From IMG/VR virus record IMGVR_UViG_3300044995_000220: a stretch of 64,000 nt of DNA; one strand, 5' to 3'. This DNA comes from a virus. Shown here piece by piece: positions 61,332-64,000 of the stretch (positions within the stretch are counted from its first letter, which is position 1; every line of letters starts with the position of its first letter). The notes under the pieces are model-generated. The model worked only from the letters and a program-made list of their open reading frames with translations, made no database searches and was not told where the DNA came from. The translations under genes were made by a program, and so were the position numbers.

Positions 61332-64000
61332 TCATGTTCCTGGACTAAGCATGCGACGTACCTTTTGGACGTAAAGTTCAAGCACGCTGTCCCAATCGGC
61401 ACGGGTCTGCGGATAATCAGCAGGTACACCTGCCGTTGTTGAGCTTGGTTGTATATTGGGAGGATCAGTATAACCACGTTGCTCAACAGTCGGTTCAGAA
61501 CCAGGACCAGGTCGCAGCCGAAATATTCGCTCGTAGTACACAGCAGACGCGCGACTTGTCGGCGCACGAATCTCAGTGCCTGCCTGTCCAGTTGCAACTA
61601 CGTCGTTAACGGTTTCGTTATAGTACGCAAAATCAAATTTTGGCGTTTCAACGTCACCAGTCACAAGCAAGTCGTTAATTGTCCGACCACCATGCCAAAA
61701 GCGAATGTACTGCTCTAACGTGCACACAGGACGCGCTGCGAGCTGCATTGCCACGTGATAATTGTCAAACGCATCGGCGTAAACAGTGCGAGGATTAGGT
61801 GCAAGTTCTTCATTTGGGTCAAGATTATGTCGCACTGTTTGTTGACCCTCAGATGAAACACCTCCAGCTCGCGCTGACGAATTTGCGCTTGCCGGATTCG
61901 GCTGCGTATTCTCAGCACCAGCTGTGGCTTCTTCATTGGCTTGTGCACGTATAGCGGCATCAACAGCTTGCTGACGCGCCACAAGAGTTTCAACAGAGTC
62001 TCCAATGATCTGAATCTCTTCAACGTCAAGGCCGCGCGCGTAACCCAAAACACGATCCCAGCGAAACACCGCTGGCACGCGGTTAGGTCGCGCGCCACCG
62101 TAAAAGAATCGCTGATAGAATTCTTCGGCGCGATTTTCGTCTTGAATGATTACGCGGATTTCATCGATAATTTCAGCTGGCGCTGATGTAACACGTCCAG
62201 CAAAGCGATTAGCATCATTGCGTACATCATTGATAAATTCATGTATCGTACGGCAAAACGACATTTGCACAGTCGTTGCCATCGATACTCCACCAGACGT
62301 AGCAAAACCAGTATGCACAATCGTTTGGATGTATCCAACACAATGCATACGTGTACGCATTGAATCAAACAGCATTGCAGGAAAGCCAGGAACAAGATAT
62401 GGATTGAAACGCAGATTCGCTCCTGCATTACGCTGTGAATAGCGTTGTTTGAGATACTCGTATTGCGCATATAGCCGAAAAAGTCTGGCAAACTGGTTGC
62501 CTTCAGTTTCTTCTTGCGCGTTGACTACGTCCCCGTATGTCACTCCCTGCACAGTTTGCTGTGCAGTGCCACTAGGAACACCTTCACGATTAGGCTGTGT
62601 AGCACCTACGTTAGCCGTGCCAGGTAGCGCTGTTTGCCCACTTGCAGCAATTCTTGGAATACGACGCGTAACAACAGTTTCCTGCGCACGCGGACGGCCC
62701 CAATTCAACAACGGGCGATCCTCTTCTCGAATCAATGGGCGGTAAACGGCACCTGCAAAAGGTCGTTCCGAAATGACATCAGGAGGAATCTTATTTTCGC
62801 GAAACAGCGAACGAATGCGTGTAAAGAAACTTGCTTGCGATCGCGTGCGCGCAAAGCCTATATCGCCCCGTTGTTCAGGATCTGACACTTTTTCTGTGTT
62901 GTAGTAACCGCCATAACCAAGCGCGATGTAATAAAGATCCGGACGGATAGGTGCATAATCCTGCCAAAACGGATTAGTTGTATAACCGCGCGATGCAGCA
63001 AAAGCGTTAAATTCTGCGCTACCACGCCCTGTAAGCAGTACACGCAACGCCATCTGCTGATTATGAAGCAGCCAATTGACAAATCGCTGCGCACCTTCTT
63101 GTGGACTCGTAGCAGCGACATAGGGCTGCCGATCCCACGGATTAATTGTCCAATGTCCGACTGGTGAAGTAGCGTACTGCTTTTGATTACCAAGAGCCCA
63201 TGAAACGTAGCCTGTAACGCCCTGCTCGTTGAATGATACCCAGTACAGAGCAAACGTAACTGCAAAAAGCTGATCTTCAGTTAAACCACTAAACGCTTGT
63301 CGACAAATAGGTAACAACAGACGCATCATTTGCGCCATCTTTTGCACTGTTGAACGGCGTTCAAACGCCGTATCACTCTGTGCTTGCCGTCCACGTCTGT
63401 TTGTAGTGCGTGGAGGAGGCAATGGCCAAAGGGCCGTTTGCTGTGCAATCACGTAATTCGCTGGATCAAGGCCACCACCAGTTTGTAGCCAAAAACGGGG
63501 TGCGGGTGAACCATTAAGTGAAACGCGAACAATGTTACCTAAAGATACTCGGGACGCATAAGTTGCCTGCGTTTGATCAGTTGTTGACGCAATCAACGCG
63601 TTGTTAATGTCGTAAGTTGTCGATCGCGGAATTTCAACAGAACGCGTTGTAAGTGGAACAATGTTCGCAGGTAACTGTGCACTCTGACCACTCGTCGTTG
63701 ACTGCGGTGTCGAATTCTCCTCAGCACCTTGGCTGTTTGCAAACTGCCGAAGCATTTGAAACCATGACGGCAGTGACATACGCGCCGTAACAGGACCCTT
63801 GTAAAACTCTTCTGGCCAAATCAACAAATTACGTCCCGATTCAGTCGCACCTGGTGCACCTCCTGCACCCTCATTTGCACTTGATGCAACACGATGGTGC
63901 ATTAAGGCATCGGCCTCCTCAGGGTAGCCTACAGTGAGCGCATGAAGCATGAATTCGCGATTGCTACCTTGTGCACGCAGCAATCGCGTCATAACACTGT
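61332..64000 (-). CDS. Putative baseplate hub protein with inserted GH73-like domain (5' end may lie outside window)
   Basis: Frame is open from the window edge through ATG 63992; ANLRFNPYLVPGFP...GYIQTIVH hub-like motif; internal NEQG...GYTTNP segment. Confidence 0.55.
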   Translation of the reverse strand, partial: SVMTRLLRAQGSNREFMLHALTVGYPEEADALMHHRVASSANEGAGGAPGATESGRNLLIWPEEFYKGPVTARMSLPSWFQMLRQFANSQGAEENSTPQSTTSGQSAQLPANIVPLTTRSVEIPRSTTYDINNALIASTTDQTQATYASRVSLGNIVRVSLNGSPAPRFWLQTGGGLDPANYVIAQQTALWPLPPPRTTNRRGRQAQSDTAFERRSTVQKMAQMMRLLLPICRQAFSGLTEDQLFAVTFALYWVSFNEQGVTGYVSWALGNQKQYATSPVGHWTINPWDRQPYVAATSPQEGAQRFVNWLLHNQQMALRVLLTGRGSAEFNAFAASRGYTTNPFWQDYAPIRPDLYYIALGYGGYYNTEKVSDPEQRGDIGFARTRSQASFFTRIRSLFRENKIPPDVISERPFAGAVYRPLIREEDRPLLNWGRPRAQETVVTRRIPRIAASGQTALPGTANVGATQPNREGVPSGTAQQTVQGVTYGDVVNAQEETEGNQFARLFRLYAQYEYLKQRYSQRNAGANLRFNPYLVPGFPAMLFDSMRTRMHCVGYIQTIVHTGFATSGGVSMATTVQMSFCRTIHEFINDVRNDANRFAGRVTSAPAEIIDEIRVIIQDENRAEEFYQRFFYGGARPNRVPAVFRWDRVLGYARGLDVEEIQIIGDSVETLVARQQAVDAAIRAQANEEATAGAENTQPNPASANSSARAGGVSSEGQQTVRHNLDPNEELAPNPRTVYADAFDNYHVAMQLAARPVCTLEQYIRFWHGGRTINDLLVTGDVETPKFDFAYYNETVNDVVATGQAGTEIRAPTSRASAVYYERIFRLRPGPGSEPTVEQRGYTDPPNIQPSSTTAGVPADYPQTRADWDSVLELYVQKVRRMLSPGT

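Larger units (their letters stand above)
1..64000. mobile_element. Fragment of a large tailed dsDNA bacteriophage genome encoding its own multisubunit RNA polymerase
   Basis: Portal, large terminase, prohead protease, baseplate and tail-fibre genes, phage-type replication genes, near-continuous coding with overlapping stop/start codons; no cellular housekeeping operons. Confidence 0.96.

Noticed and set aside
1-64000. tRNA, rRNA, integrase, major capsid, tail sheath/tube or tape-measure genes
   Set aside because: None recognisable; intergenic gaps show no cloverleaf. Capsid and sheath genes probably lie outside the window, though a divergent capsid among the hypotheticals cannot be excluded without HMM searches.

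Overview
The whole window reads as a densely coding fragment of a large, probably uncultured, tailed dsDNA bacteriophage with a contractile-type baseplate. No host housekeeping genes, tRNA, rRNA, CRISPR array or integrase were seen. Layout: (1) 1-23.0 kb, minus strand, head operon running portal -> multisubunit RNA polymerase genes -> a series of low-complexity, Gly-zipper-rich hypothetical proteins -> prohead protease (truncated by the window edge and missing from the ORF track). (2) 23.0-38.5 kb, mostly plus strand, replication/recombination module: SNF2 helicase, two Cas4-like nucleases, ParB-like protein, a minus-strand sigma factor, primase-helicase, family A DNA polymerase with an N-terminal UDG-like domain. 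(3) 38.5-41.2 kb, a GC-rich PcfJ-like gene and a DNA methyltransferase, probably acquired. (4) 41.2-46.9 kb, minus strand, terminase and putative structural genes. (5) 46.9-49.9 kb, RuvC and class II ribonucleotide reductase. (6) 50-64 kb, minus strand, baseplate/tail-fibre operon containing a second sigma factor. Most striking: an RNAP with beta fused to the N-half of beta' and the C-half of beta' encoded separately, with non-canonical catalytic elements (NLDYDGD), placed inside the head operon; two phage sigma factors; and a recurring K-x-A motif that delimits modules in the head-operon proteins, the protease and the RNAP, suggesting protease-matured polyproteins that release cationic membrane-active peptides and a virion-packaged RNAP. 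All family assignments come from motifs recognised by eye; no database search was run.
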